Positions 35,191-46,796 of a stretch of DNA of 64,000 nt are shown piece by piece (position 1 is the first letter of the stretch; each line of letters begins with the position of its first letter). The notes beneath the pieces are model-generated. The model had not been told where the DNA came from. It did no database searches and was given only the letters and a program-made list of their open reading frames with translations. A program made the position numbers and the translations under genes. Origin of the DNA: Neophaeotheca triangularis (Eukaryota); NCBI GenBank assembly GCA_054600435.1, contig BAAIJX010000011.1, positions 248,001-312,000 on the forward strand, in the 5' to 3' direction.

Positions 35191-36002
35191 CTTGGCTGTA
35201 GATCACAAACGGCGAGGAACGATAGAACGGCCGTCAAAAAGTTGCGATGACTATACCGTTGAAGCCGGGGTATGTTGGATGGACAAATGCTAGCAAGGGT
35301 ACATTGTAAGATAGGGGCTTTACTTCTTATTATATGCCCCAGTGTAACAGCAGGGCACAGCATACGTGAACAGCATCTCACCGGTGAGGCTGCACAGCCC
35401 ACACTGCCGTCAACCATCGAAGACTGCTGTATCTTGGCACGCTCGTAAAGAGAATTGTGAGCAGAAGTAAAGGGTGAGGTCGGCAAGGCTGAGCCAAGTT
35501 CAAACTGTATCTCTTTGGCACACCCGTGGGAGCGGCCTCATTGCCATAGGATCTTAGAAATGCGAGCTATGTCATGGACAGCGGTCGCTAATAGCAGCGC
35601 ATACAATGGCAACGTGACATACACAGTGGCTCATGTGACGGGAGTCAATTCTGTTTACCCGACGTGATCTTCAAGCAATATTCGCAAGGCTGAGTAGGTA
35701 ATCCTATGGGTCCGTGCGCAAATGATTCGGCTGTCTTTCGAGGCGCAGCAAACCACACCTTTGGGAAGCTGGGCATGGAATACGGCATCTCTCCTACCAA
35801 CATTTAGCAATAGCTACAAGTCTGTGTGATCTTGATTGCCGCTTTCTTTGTTCCTGACTCGAATTGCCGGTCTCCGTATTCGCTGAGAGACAAAGTTCCA
35901 AGCCGATCCAGTCAACGTCTACCCAACGGTAGATGGTTATCATCGTGATCGTACAGGCCCATTCTCATCAACCAGGCTCATCTCTCCGAGGCTCTATCGA
36001 CG

Positions 36003-36711
36003 ATGTACAACGCGCCTTGGGCCGATCGCACCAAGATGCCTCCTCCTCCGCCCACCTACGAAGAAAGCGCATCAACGTACCGGGGGCTGGAAAACCATGA
36101 CAAGTCAGATGCCAGAGACAATGCATGGAGCATTCAGGAAGAGGTCGGCTTGTCGAGAACGCAACACGTTGCGTCAGTTGCAGCAGGCGTCGAATCTCGA
36201 GTTCGTGCTCGGGCGAGACAAGGGCTCTCGACAAGCAAAATCGCGCTTCTACCCTCAGGACAAAGTAAGCTATGGACGCCACTAACTCAACAGAGGTCGC
36301 TAACAAGCCACAGGCGCAGGCCGTGAGGGGCAGCTCGTTGGGTTTCCGGATGGTGAGACGCCGATCATCGTCCAGCTTGAAGGGCAACTCAATAGCGTCG
36401 AGTTCTGGTGGCAGGACGTAGCCGTGGAGGAACTACGTCGACAATTACGCACAGCAGTAGGCCACGAGGATTCGGGCCTTGACTACCAACCACCGATTGT
36501 CGACGTACGAGAGAAGCCTGCTGCCAAGAAAACGTCCTTTTTTAGTCGCAAAGAGTCGAAGATGATGGCGGCGAGGCTGACCGAGCCAGTCAAAGCAGTC
36601 ACAACGGTAGATGTTGCCCTCGAAGACTTGTTCTTCAGGACCGAGACAGACTTAGGGCTGTTTGAAACAGTAAGAGCGCAGGCGTTGATGGTGGCGATTG
36701 ACCTGCGATAG
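36003..36711 (+). CDS. Hypothetical fungal protein, 2 exons
   Basis: PPPTYEES motif, intron gtaagc...ctaac...cag at about 36264-36313 joining two ORFs, ends FRTETDLGLFETVRAQALMVAIDLR*. Confidence 0.7.
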
Positions 36712-36805
36712 TGCTCCGGAAAGAGAGACGTGGAGGAGAAGAGATATTCTGGAAGAAGCATATTGGTTGCCAAGCATCCGACATCGAGGGTTGAGTTGAG
36801 CCTGC

Positions 36806-37390
36806 TCAATTAGTTGCAGCGGCCTCAGTCTGTCTCTCGCCCTCGGTATTAAAGCCCAACTTCTCTAGTTGACCGGACAACTCGCTCATGTTCAGTACCT
36901 TCTGATACTGTTCCGGAAGCAACTTTTCGCCATTCTGCTTCTTCTCGCTCAATTCCTGTGCCTGCCTGAGTTTTTTCGCAAGCTTGCGTGCCTCCTTTGC
37001 TTTACTCTCTTCTGGGTCAACTGCCTTTGCTTGATTCTCCTCGCCCTTTTGGCCGGCACCAGCTTCGCCGTTGACTTTCGTCTCCCAACCTTCCGTGCCC
37101 TCAGGTTCCGCAATTTGAGCTTTGTTTGGTCTTTTTCTTCTAGTTGTAGCAGACTTGGGTTCCGGAGCGCGGGCAGGCTCTGCACCAGGCACTCCGCCCT
37201 TTCTGCGGTCTTTCCATGCCGCTGCCGTCCTATTACGATACACCTCTACCTCGTCCGGTGACTTGTAGCCTTTTTTGACACGAATCTCCTTTCTTACGCT
37301 GCCATCTGGGCGTACGGAAGCCGGGACAAATTGCTCGCCGTTAGCACGAGTTTTGACTTCGGATTTGATAGTGCCACTGCTGGAAGCCAT
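36806..37390 (-). CDS. Partner of Y14 and mago (PYM/WIBG) homologue
   Basis: Mago-binding motif FVPASVRPDGSVRKEIRVKKGY, and C-terminal KLAKKLRQAQEL...GEKLLPEQYQKV. Confidence 0.85.
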   Translation of the reverse strand: MASSSGTIKSEVKTRANGEQFVPASVRPDGSVRKEIRVKKGYKSPDEVEVYRNRTAAAWKDRRKGGVPGAEPARAPEPKSATTRRKRPNKAQIAEPEGTEGWETKVNGEAGAGQKGEENQAKAVDPEESKAKEARKLAKKLRQAQELSEKKQNGEKLLPEQYQKVLNMSELSGQLEKLGFNTEGERQTEAAATN

Positions 37391-37727
37391 GCCCGACACC
37401 TTTGTCAATGTTGTGAGGTCAGTGGAATTCCAGGCGCGGGGCGTATGCTGCGTTTGCTGTCTGTGATTGCGACTTCGTTAAGGTACGCTCGAGCTGTAGC
37501 TGCAAAACCTCGCTAGACCTTCCCACATCAGAGCAGTGCACGTGACAGTTCCAACCACTACCCTGCATCTAATTGGCCGGAAGCTGGAAGCGCCCGTTGG
37601 TCTTCGATCTCCCGGGCGCAGACCTTCAAACTACACAGTCGACCACCAGAAGCAGCCTTCAAACCCAACTCGCCGGATATCCTTCTCTCGCCTCTCTTGC
37701 ACAGTATTCACCCGTACAATCGCCACC

Positions 37728-38090
37728 ATGTCGGGCATCATGAGGGGTTTCTACGAGTACGCGACAAGCCAGTCATACGCAATTGGATCCTACTGACCAG
37801 CATGCAGCACCCTGATTCGCAAGAACACCGTCTTCCTGGGCACCATCTTCGTATCTGCCTTCGCGACCGAAATGTAAAGGAGCGCCGCTGGCACAATCGA
37901 CGAAAGCAGCCGCTAACTGCCGATTAGGATCTTCGATGTGGGATCGAACAAAATCTGGGACCAGGTCAATAAGGGCGTATGTAGCGGCCAGAGGGAGCCC
38001 AAACTGGGAAGCGTGCTAACAAATAGGCAGAGGCAATGGAAGGACATCAAGCAAAGATACATGGAGGCACAAGACGATGACGACGAGTGA
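37728..38090 (+). CDS. QCR9: Cytochrome b-c1 complex subunit 9, 4 exons
   Basis: Spliced MSGIMRGFYD|TLIRKNTVFLGTIFVSAFATEM|IFDVGSNKIWDQVNKG|RQWKDIKQRYMEAQDDDDE*. Not present as one ORF in the track. Confidence 0.92.
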
Positions 38091-38773
38091 TGCACGGCGC
38101 AAAGGAGACGGTCGCAGCGGCGGATGGATTTGCCTGATGGCAAAGAGGACAGGGGGTGGGGAATGGTGTCCACAGAAAGGTAGAAGATGGCGGATGCGAC
38201 GAACACGGTAGAGAGGGTACGTGTTTGAGGGAAGAAGCGCAGCAGTGCGCATAGGGCGTTGGGAGGGGTGTATGCTACTCGAGTACTCCAAGTCAGCCGT
38301 CATCACGGATACGACTACTGCAAACTATCCCATCTTGTCCCATGGGTACATGAATTGCCATTCACAGCCTACTGGGGTGGTTCAATCTACGCCTGTATTT
38401 CCATGTATATAAGGCAGCGATTGAGTGATGCCTAACTTTCTCGTTAGAGACGGGTTGGTACCTGCAGACAGTGGAGTCGGGCAAGCCCGCTCACTGACGT
38501 CGAAGCATGCCCGTCTTCACACCCGACTCGACCGTGACTGAAGAGCATTACATAGTACATACCGTGCTCCGCAACAACCACATTTCAACGACATTGACCC
38601 TCGCAAGTATAGGTCGGGGTTTTTTACAACTTTACGAATTGTTCGAGGCGCTCGCATGACTTCACTTCTTACTACGTTGGCCTACCTTTAAAAGGTTCAT
38701 TTAGCGCTGGTGTCTGGCGCACCATTCTCGCATACCTTTTCGAAAACGATACCCGCTCTTCCTTTGTACCGGT

Positions 38774-41700
38774 ATGAAGGACACGATGCACAAATCCATG
38801 CTCAACAAACACTTTTTGCATTTCCCTGCCGATTTTGACCATCGCTATACCCATGCCGCCGAGTGTGAGCTCCGCCGAGTTCTCTTCAAATCGCTGGCCA
38901 ACCAAAGCGACGAATACCTTCGATACTTCTTCCCACAAGGAACACCGCCCAATCAGTCGCAGCCGTGGAGTTTGAAAGAGGCACAAGGTGCTGTGGAGGG
39001 CGCAGAATACACAGAGGCGGCTAGAGGAACGGCATGTGGTCACATCTTCAAAAATGGCGAGGCAACCTACCACTGCTCTACGTGTGCTATCGATGACACA
39101 TGCGTGTTATGCGCCAAATGCTTTGAGTGCAGCGATCATGAAGGTCATCAAGTCTTCATCTCGTGTTCGCCTGGGAACTCCGGTTGCTGCGACTGCGGAG
39201 ACAAAGAGGCATGGAAGACGGATGTCAACTGCTCAATTCACACGGATGCGGCTACTTTGGCCGGCAACGACAAGGGCAAAGCCAAAGGTCCAGCCATACC
39301 TTCTGGTCAGGAGCTGCCTCAGGATCTTGTGGACGCCATTAGAACGACCATCTCAAGGACAGCCAACTTCCTAGTCGATGTGTTCTCTTGTTCCCCGGAA
39401 CAGCTTCGCCACAAGAAAGACGAGAAAAGCATCAAAGATAATGAGCGTATGTCACGCCTGCATGAGCCTTATGGGCAGGAAAGAGTCGAAGAGGAACCCG
39501 AATATGCGCTTGTGCTATGGAATGACGAGAAGCACACTGTTGAGGACGTGGAACAACAAGTCGCCAGAGCCTGCCGCGTCTCCAAAAGGGTGGGCTTTGA
39601 TAAAGCCATGGAAGTCAACGATATTGGGCGTAGCGTGGTTTCTTACTCGAGGGATATCCAGCACTTGCTCAGCCAAGCGACTATTCTTGAGCAGCTGAAG
39701 TTGACAGTTACCATCCGTTCATCTCGTGATACATTTAGAGAGCAAATGTGCTCCACTATCATTGACTGGATGGCCGACATCTCTGGGTGTTCTGTCGGCC
39801 ACGATGCCCACATGCTCCGGAACTCCATTTGCGAAGAGCTCCTTGGCCCGTGGCAGGCTGGTAGTCCTGCCAACAATAAGGAGATTGGATTGCAGGGCAT
39901 CGACGATCACGATTGGGACGATATCGAAAGGGCACGGCGTAGATATGCGACTTGGTTTCAACCTTTCCCAGCGGCACCCGCCGCGGAGGTGGTTAGAGTC
40001 CAGGTGGACGATCTTGAAGACGACGGAGAGGACGAAGACAACGGGGACGATGTCGGTGAAGACGACGAGTTTGATGGTATGGATGTAGACGAAGAGGATG
40101 TCGAACGTGAGCTGCTGGATATTCGGGCTGCAGCCGAAATGGCTGCTGATATGGAGGCTGAGACTACAAGGATGGAGGTGGATATCATGGATGATGAGAT
40201 GGATGCCGCCGAGAACCTAGAAGCAACGATCGCCGGATATCCACCACCCCCACCTCCTCCTGCTCGAGAAGAATCAGTTGATGAAGACGTCGACCCGGAT
40301 CGACCCAACTTCGCGGCGCCCTACAACAAAATCCCCAAGACACCGAGACGTAAGAATGTAGGCAAGCGCAAGGGCAAGCCGAGCAGGCACTGGTTAGAGA
40401 AACCCGAAGGTTTTCATCGTCCACCTTCAGGATGCGAACCAGCTGAGGATTTGTGGCAACGCGTGAGGCTTGACTACCTCATCCTCTACGACCTGCGCCT
40501 CTGGAAAACCCTCCGTATCAAGATGCGCCACCTCTATATCACTACTGTTGTCACTGTTGCAGATTTCAAGCGACTACTTGGTCTCAGGTTCGCCGGTCTC
40601 TACACTACCCTTGCGCAGCTCTACCTGATCGCAGACCGCGAGCCCGACCACAGCATCATAAATCTCAGTGTCCAGATGCTCACGACACCAAGCATTACCG
40701 AAGAGGTTTTGGAGCGTGGAAATTTCTTGACCAACCTCATGGCCATACTCTACACTTTCCTCACAACCAGGCAAGTTGGCTTTCCGGAGGATGTCAATCC
40801 TCAAGCGACATTGGCATTCGACGCTGGAGCGGTGACCAACAGGAGAATGTTCCATTTCTTCTGCGACATGCGCTGGCTCTCCGCCTCTGATTTTGTTCGC
40901 ACCAAATTCCGGACCGAACAGCGTTATCTCTTGCAATTCCTCGATCTGGTAAAGCTTCACCAAGGCGTTTGCCCCAATATCAGAGCAACGGGCGAGCACG
41001 TTGAATACGAGTCCGATGCCTGGATTAGCGCATCCATGATCATCAAGGAGATCAACAAGCTCTGCAAACAAGTCGCAACATCGTTTGGTCCTGCTTACGA
41101 CACTGGGGATGGCATGATGCATCTGCAGCGCGCAATAAGGACGACTGCTCAAGTGACCATGATCAATAGCTTTGGTTATGAATCAAAGCGCTTCCGTGGC
41201 CACGAGATCAGAGATGGCATGCCATGGCACTCGGTGGGCCCCTTCGAGAGCAGTGGCAAGATGTACAGCATCCCTAGACACGTCGTCCAGTCGGAGCCAA
41301 ACAGCTTCCATCATCCACTGCATTACATGCTTTCATGGCTTATTGAGGACGCCAACACCATGAGCAGAGAGGAGATGCGAGCACTGCTCGATTTTTCTCA
41401 TGCGGACCTCAAAGACCCCTGGAACCCGCGATCAAGAGGTGAGGCGGGCCCTAAAGAGCTTACCAACGACGAGCTACTGAGCTCTATCTTCGAGCATCCG
41501 CTTCGGCTATGTGTCTGGCTCGCACAGATGCGAGCAGGGATGTGGGTCCGAAACGGTATAACCCTTCGGCACCAAGCACACACCTATCGCAGCGTTGCCC
41601 TTCGGGATGTTGGTTACCAGCGCGACATCACCTTGTTGCAAACTGCTTTTGTCCTCTGTGGTACCGATGATGAGCCGGTTGGTGCTCGATTCCTGGCACA

Positions 41701-44700
41701 GATGGTTAATCGCTTCCAGCTCGACGGATGGGTCAAAGGAGTCTACTCGGTGATGCCTGGATTTGAAGAGTCGCAGCAACTGGATGTTATTGAAGACTTC
41801 TTCCACCTCCTAGTCGTATGCTTGAGCGAGCGGGGGAGCCTTGTCCCTGCCGGGCAAGGAAGCCGACATCAGGACAAGATCATCCAGCACGACATTGCGC
41901 ACGCGTTGTGCTTCAAGCCTCTGTCTTTCTCCGATCTCACTTTGCGTATCACCGAGAAAATTACGGATAGCGATGAGTTCGATCGCGTTCTCGAAGAGAT
42001 GACGAACTTCCGAGCGCCCGAGGGCCTCAGTGATACCGGGACGTTTGAGCTCAGACCTGAGTACTTTGAACTGATTGACCCCTACTTTGCGCATTACAGT
42101 CGTAATCACCGTGAGGAAGCCGAAAACATCTACAAGTCGCACATGGCTCGCAAGACCGGACAAAAGGCCGAAGACGTCGTCTACCAGCCGCATCTCGAAC
42201 CTCTCAAATCCGGTCTCTACGTTCATCTTGCTGCCTTTACACGGACAGATTTGTTTGTACAAATCGTTTGGTCCGCCCTGAATTACGCCGCCGACCGTAC
42301 ACAGTACACATCTTCAATATTGCCTACAAGAATCGAGACGTTCCTGCACATGGTACTGCACTTGATTGTGGTCGCATTTGTCGAAGACGTAAATGACCAA
42401 TTCGTCATGCTCGCGGCTTCCACGCCGCATCCGCCGCAGCAGTCTCTGGTGTCGCTGCTCGTGACTTTGTCTGGCATGGAGGAATACTCTTCCTGCCACG
42501 CGACCATAAAGCACATCTTGAGGCAAATGCAACTTCGCCAGCCGGAACCGCTCAGTCACGCTATGGGGCCGTTAGCTGCCACTCTTGATCGCGCAAACGC
42601 AGATTCACCTGCCTCGTTGTCGGCAGAAGACAAGCAGAAGAAGAAGCAAGAGTCACTTGCACGTCAAGCTCGTGTCATGGCGCAGATGAAACAGCAGCAA
42701 AACAGCTTCCTGCAAATGCAAGGCCTTGACGATATCGACGACGAAATTGATGACCTGGACGACGACATGTCAATGGTCGAACCGGACAGGATGGGCGAGA
42801 AGAGGAAGACTTGGGATTTTCCTGTTGGCACATGCATCCTTTGTCAAGAAGAGGCCGACGATCGCCGGCTCTATGGCACATTCGCGTTTCTTGGGGAGAG
42901 TAACCTCTTGCGCACGACGCCCTTGACCGACCCTGACTTTGTACAAGAAGTGGCGGACACGCCAGTGAGTCTTGATCGCTCCGCAGATAATGTTCGTCCG
43001 TTTGGAGTGGCCGGCCACAATAAACGTACAGTCGAAAAGGTCAGTTCAGAAGGCAAAACCGTTACATCTGAATACCAGGGTCTTTCGAAAGGTTTCCCTC
43101 ATCGCGGCAACAATGGCAACGCAAGAAAGGGGTCGGTTGCCACCAGCTGCGGGCACATCATGCACTTCAGTTGTTTCGAACAATACACTGTCGCAACTCG
43201 GCGCAGGCATACTCAGCAGATCGCGAGGAACCACCCGGAACGAACTGATTTGTACGAATTCATTTGTCCACTGTGCAAAGCGCTCGGCAACACGTTTGTG
43301 CCTATAGTTTGGAAACCCAAGGACTGCGCTCACGACAACGAGCTTCACGCGGCAGAACCACTCAGCGATTGGCTTCCCAAGGCGGATCGAGACTATCAAT
43401 CACAATTTGTATACTACCCAGAGTTCAGTCCTGATGAAGAGACGGAGACAGCCAAGGCATACCGCGAAGAGGCCAAGAGCGCAAGCGTAGAAGCCTCCCA
43501 GGAGTATGTGGCAAACGCATTTGTCGCTTCGCTAGCAGCTGGTATACAGGCTGCGACGCCAGTCCCTCGCGATACAGCGTTGGCCGATAGGGAGCAGTCG
43601 GCAGACCAACCATCGACTCCACGCCCGAGAGGGTACAGCGGGTTCACCTCGCTCTTTGGGATGCGTCGTGGGGGTAGCTCAGACGGCACCAACGCGGCGT
43701 CTTCTCTTCCGCAGGAGCCCCGCCTTGCAGCAGAGCTCAAGAAGGCTTACAAGCGTATGAACGATGCCATCATGGCCAACGAGCTGGGTTCTGGTCCTGG
43801 ACGCGGTGATACTGAGAACCCCTCTTCTGTCCTCGCCCGTGTCCTCGGGTACACGATTTCGACAAGTGAGATTGCAAACAGAGGCATGGGCCAGGATCCA
43901 TTCTCGAGAGCTTTGCATACAGAGCTTTCTGAGCAGAATCTGACACATTTGCGCATCTTGTCAGAGACTGCATCTTCGCATCAAGCTTCTGCGAACCTGA
44001 GCACTAGCCACGGCGAGCTTGACAGCCGCAGACGTGACATTCTGGTCACTAAGCTCTTCGGGACCAAGCCCCGTGACTCTGCTGGCTACCTGTTGCTCGA
44101 GGATGACAGCTTCCTCTTCCTGACCGAGTGGGTCTCGCACGTTGGCATGGCTAATACCCCCGCCAGCGCAATCAATGTATTGCAAACACTGTACTGGGCG
44201 GAAATCGTCAAGGCTGTACTGGTCTACAGTGGGCTGGTGCAGAATGCAGCCGACCAGCTGGATGAGTCCACCTCAATGAACGTCGAAGTTAGCGATGCAT
44301 TCCGCCAGACGGTCCAAACAATCTCGACATTGGGTCTCAGCAACGGTGTCTCCCAACAGATGTCAGAATCGATGATCCGCAAGATCCGCTTGTTCGTGGA
44401 CAAGTACGCCTTGGTATTTCTGCGCAAGTCGATCATCCTCATGCACGTTCGCTACGGTCTGGACTTTGCTTGCCCGTACGACCTCAACTTGGAATCTCCT
44501 GAGCTGCAACGGCTGTCCGCAATGCTTCACGTCTGGTCAATTGACGATTTGTGCGCCTTGCATACTTCCCAGACGCCAGGCGGGCAAACGCTACAACTCC
44601 TCACCAAACGCTGGTGTGAGCAAGCAAGCTCCATCCATCAACACGAAGGACCCAATGAAAGCATGCTCAGCCTCTCGCACCCCGCCATCTTCGAGCTCGT

Positions 44701-45151
44701 CGGCCTCCCCAAAAACTACGACACCCTTACCCAAGAAGCCATCCGCCGCAAATGCCCAACAACCGGGCGCGAAATCACCGATCCAGCCGTCTGCCTCTTC
44801 TGCGGCGCCATCTTCTGCTCGCAAGCCGTGTGCTGCATGAAAGACAAGAACAAAGGCGGCTGCCACCAACACATGTCGGCTTGCGGCGAGAAAATTGGCA
44901 TCTTCATCAACATCCGCAAGTGCATGGTGCTCTTTACGCACGGGCCGGGCAACGGCAGTTATGCGCATGCGCCGTATTTGGATAAGCATGGCGAGCCTGA
45001 CCCTACGCTTCGGAGGCATCATCAGCTGTTCTTGAACCAGAAGCGGTATGATAAGCTGTTGAGGGATGTGTGGCTTTCGCATGGCGTGCCGACTTTTATC
45101 TCGAGGAAGCTGGAGGGGGATATCAATCCCGGGGGTTTCGAGACTTTGTGA
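38774..45151 (+). CDS. UBR1: E3 ubiquitin ligase UBR1 (N-recognin)
   Basis: UBR box CGHIFKNGEATYHCSTC...GCCDCGD, ClpS-like LWNDEKHT, RING CILCQE...CGHIMHFSC...CPLCK, C-terminal CLFCG...PYLDKHGE. Exact start uncertain. Confidence 0.95.
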   Translation: MKDTMHKSMLNKHFLHFPADFDHRYTHAAECELRRVLFKSLANQSDEYLRYFFPQGTPPNQSQPWSLKEAQGAVEGAEYTEAARGTACGHIFKNGEATYHCSTCAIDDTCVLCAKCFECSDHEGHQVFISCSPGNSGCCDCGDKEAWKTDVNCSIHTDAATLAGNDKGKAKGPAIPSGQELPQDLVDAIRTTISRTANFLVDVFSCSPEQLRHKKDEKSIKDNERMSRLHEPYGQERVEEEPEYALVLWNDEKHTVEDVEQQVARACRVSKRVGFDKAMEVNDIGRSVVSYSRDIQHLLSQATILEQLKLTVTIRSSRDTFREQMCSTIIDWMADISGCSVGHDAHMLRNSICEELLGPWQAGSPANNKEIGLQGIDDHDWDDIERARRRYATWFQPFPAAPAAEVVRVQVDDLEDDGEDEDNGDDVGEDDEFDGMDVDEEDVERELLDIRAAAEMAADMEAETTRMEVDIMDDEMDAAENLEATIAGYPPPPPPPAREESVDEDVDPDRPNFAAPYNKIPKTPRRKNVGKRKGKPSRHWLEKPEGFHRPPSGCEPAEDLWQRVRLDYLILYDLRLWKTLRIKMRHLYITTVVTVADFKRLLGLRFAGLYTTLAQLYLIADREPDHSIINLSVQMLTTPSITEEVLERGNFLTNLMAILYTFLTTRQVGFPEDVNPQATLAFDAGAVTNRRMFHFFCDMRWLSASDFVRTKFRTEQRYLLQFLDLVKLHQGVCPNIRATGEHVEYESDAWISASMIIKEINKLCKQVATSFGPAYDTGDGMMHLQRAIRTTAQVTMINSFGYESKRFRGHEIRDGMPWHSVGPFESSGKMYSIPRHVVQSEPNSFHHPLHYMLSWLIEDANTMSREEMRALLDFSHADLKDPWNPRSRGEAGPKELTNDELLSSIFEHPLRLCVWLAQMRAGMWVRNGITLRHQAHTYRSVALRDVGYQRDITLLQTAFVLCGTDDEPVGARFLAQMVNRFQLDGWVKGVYSVMPGFEESQQLDVIEDFFHLLVVCLSERGSLVPAGQGSRHQDKIIQHDIAHALCFKPLSFSDLTLRITEKITDSDEFDRVLEEMTNFRAPEGLSDTGTFELRPEYFELIDPYFAHYSRNHREEAENIYKSHMARKTGQKAEDVVYQPHLEPLKSGLYVHLAAFTRTDLFVQIVWSALNYAADRTQYTSSILPTRIETFLHMVLHLIVVAFVEDVNDQFVMLAASTPHPPQQSLVSLLVTLSGMEEYSSCHATIKHILRQMQLRQPEPLSHAMGPLAATLDRANADSPASLSAEDKQKKKQESLARQARVMAQMKQQQNSFLQMQGLDDIDDEIDDLDDDMSMVEPDRMGEKRKTWDFPVGTCILCQEEADDRRLYGTFAFLGESNLLRTTPLTDPDFVQEVADTPVSLDRSADNVRPFGVAGHNKRTVEKVSSEGKTVTSEYQGLSKGFPHRGNNGNARKGSVATSCGHIMHFSCFEQYTVATRRRHTQQIARNHPERTDLYEFICPLCKALGNTFVPIVWKPKDCAHDNELHAAEPLSDWLPKADRDYQSQFVYYPEFSPDEETETAKAYREEAKSASVEASQEYVANAFVASLAAGIQAATPVPRDTALADREQSADQPSTPRPRGYSGFTSLFGMRRGGSSDGTNAASSLPQEPRLAAELKKAYKRMNDAIMANELGSGPGRGDTENPSSVLARVLGYTISTSEIANRGMGQDPFSRALHTELSEQNLTHLRILSETASSHQASANLSTSHGELDSRRRDILVTKLFGTKPRDSAGYLLLEDDSFLFLTEWVSHVGMANTPASAINVLQTLYWAEIVKAVLVYSGLVQNAADQLDESTSMNVEVSDAFRQTVQTISTLGLSNGVSQQMSESMIRKIRLFVDKYALVFLRKSIILMHVRYGLDFACPYDLNLESPELQRLSAMLHVWSIDDLCALHTSQTPGGQTLQLLTKRWCEQASSIHQHEGPNESMLSLSHPAIFELVGLPKNYDTLTQEAIRRKCPTTGREITDPAVCLFCGAIFCSQAVCCMKDKNKGGCHQHMSACGEKIGIFINIRKCMVLFTHGPGNGSYAHAPYLDKHGEPDPTLRRHHQLFLNQKRYDKLLRDVWLSHGVPTFISRKLEGDINPGGFETL

Positions 45152-46796
45152 GGGTTGGAGGCATGTCGATTGCGGTTTTGGGGGAGGTCAAGGCGTTTGT
45201 TGTTTTTGTTTCTTTGGGCAGGATGGTCTGTTTTGGAGGAGGCATAGTCATCGGACTGGATTGCATAGAAAGCGGGAAACGAGGGTGATGCTAATGATAC
45301 TGCATTTCTTCTACGGTGCTGGCATAGCTGAGCACACGCAGTGTATATGACTTCTAGTACCTATTGTAAAGGGCTTCTGTGTCGCTCTCCGACCTGCTCG
45401 TTATTCGTCTCAATCTGCATGCATCGTGTCACACCGCTAGTGATTTGCAGCAAGCACTTCTGCAGCCGCAGTATCGTTCTAGCCAAAAACAATGAGAATC
45501 GGCACAGAGCCTCTACGGTAGTGAAATAGTGCTTGGATTAATCCTTGCAGTTGTGCGTGCAGGAGATAGAGATTATTGTCATGTTGTTGTTATATTTCAT
45601 CGGCCATCTTCAGGGGCTTGGAAACGGTTATGTGTTGCTTGATTGAACGATTCACTCCACCACCGTTGATGGCCCGGACCTGCCGGCTATGTAGTGTAGT
45701 ATAGTACAGTAGGTAACCTTGGTTTTGGCTTCAACTCTGAAAATTGGGCATACCATAAGGTACCGTTACCTTAGGAGGTGAAGAGAAGGTTGTTGATGAA
45801 GAATGGCGATTGATCTCTCGTGTTTGCCCGATACGTGACTTACGTCTGTTCTACTGTATTAGGTATTTAATTACTCGAGAGATCAATGATACTTTTCCAG
45901 TTATGCATCTTCACAACAAGTCGCGCTAGCACAACGTCCGTCACGTCACGGCCCTCCGTCTGCCCCCCTGGCCCACCTCCATGCACCGAGCTACTAGTAG
46001 TATATAGCCCCCTTCTGCGCACGGCGACGAACCCTGAAGAGAAGGTGGGCCTGCCTCGTAGAACACCCAAAGAACACCCAATTCCATTCATTACTATTAC
46101 CGCGACCGACCGACCCTTCTCTTCACGACCTCAACGAACAAGGCCTTGCGTCGACGCAAAGTACACGCCGACGTCCACTCTCCCACCCATTGACAGCCAT
46201 CCGACTTCTCCCCGCAAGGACCGCCTCCGAACGAAACAGCACCGCTATTAATCTGCTTCATTCTTCCGTGGACACTCACAGCATCACTTCTTCCGCTGCC
46301 TCGAGATTGACAGGACTGCCCACGGCCAGACGTGTCTCGGGTTGCCACATCGCACGTAGATTGGGAGGTCGAGGAAAGGGGACGCGCCGAGGACAACACA
46401 ACCACAGCCAATGCCGAACGAAGGTATGAGGCAATAATTCTGCCCACTTCACCGATAAGCTTCCTACGCCTCGTTGCACTACTGCGGTATCGTACTGCGC
46501 ATCAGTCAACTCACGGAACGCCGCAGGCGCACGCTTTCTGGCGGCGGTGTCCACCCTCCCGCCGTCGCACAACATCCCGCGCATCAGGCACCGTACTTCC
46601 TAACTCTGCGCGTCCATAGCCACGTTCGAACCCCGGCTACCCTTCGCGTTTCGGCCCGGCCGCAGGTCACTCTCTCCCGATAAGCACTGGCGCATGCGAC
46701 GGCAACAGTGTCAACGTGCTGTGGCGCACACGGCGCGTATGTAGGGCCGGGGCCGATTGCAAGTAGACGCGAAGTGGCAGATTCGTTTACAGATTC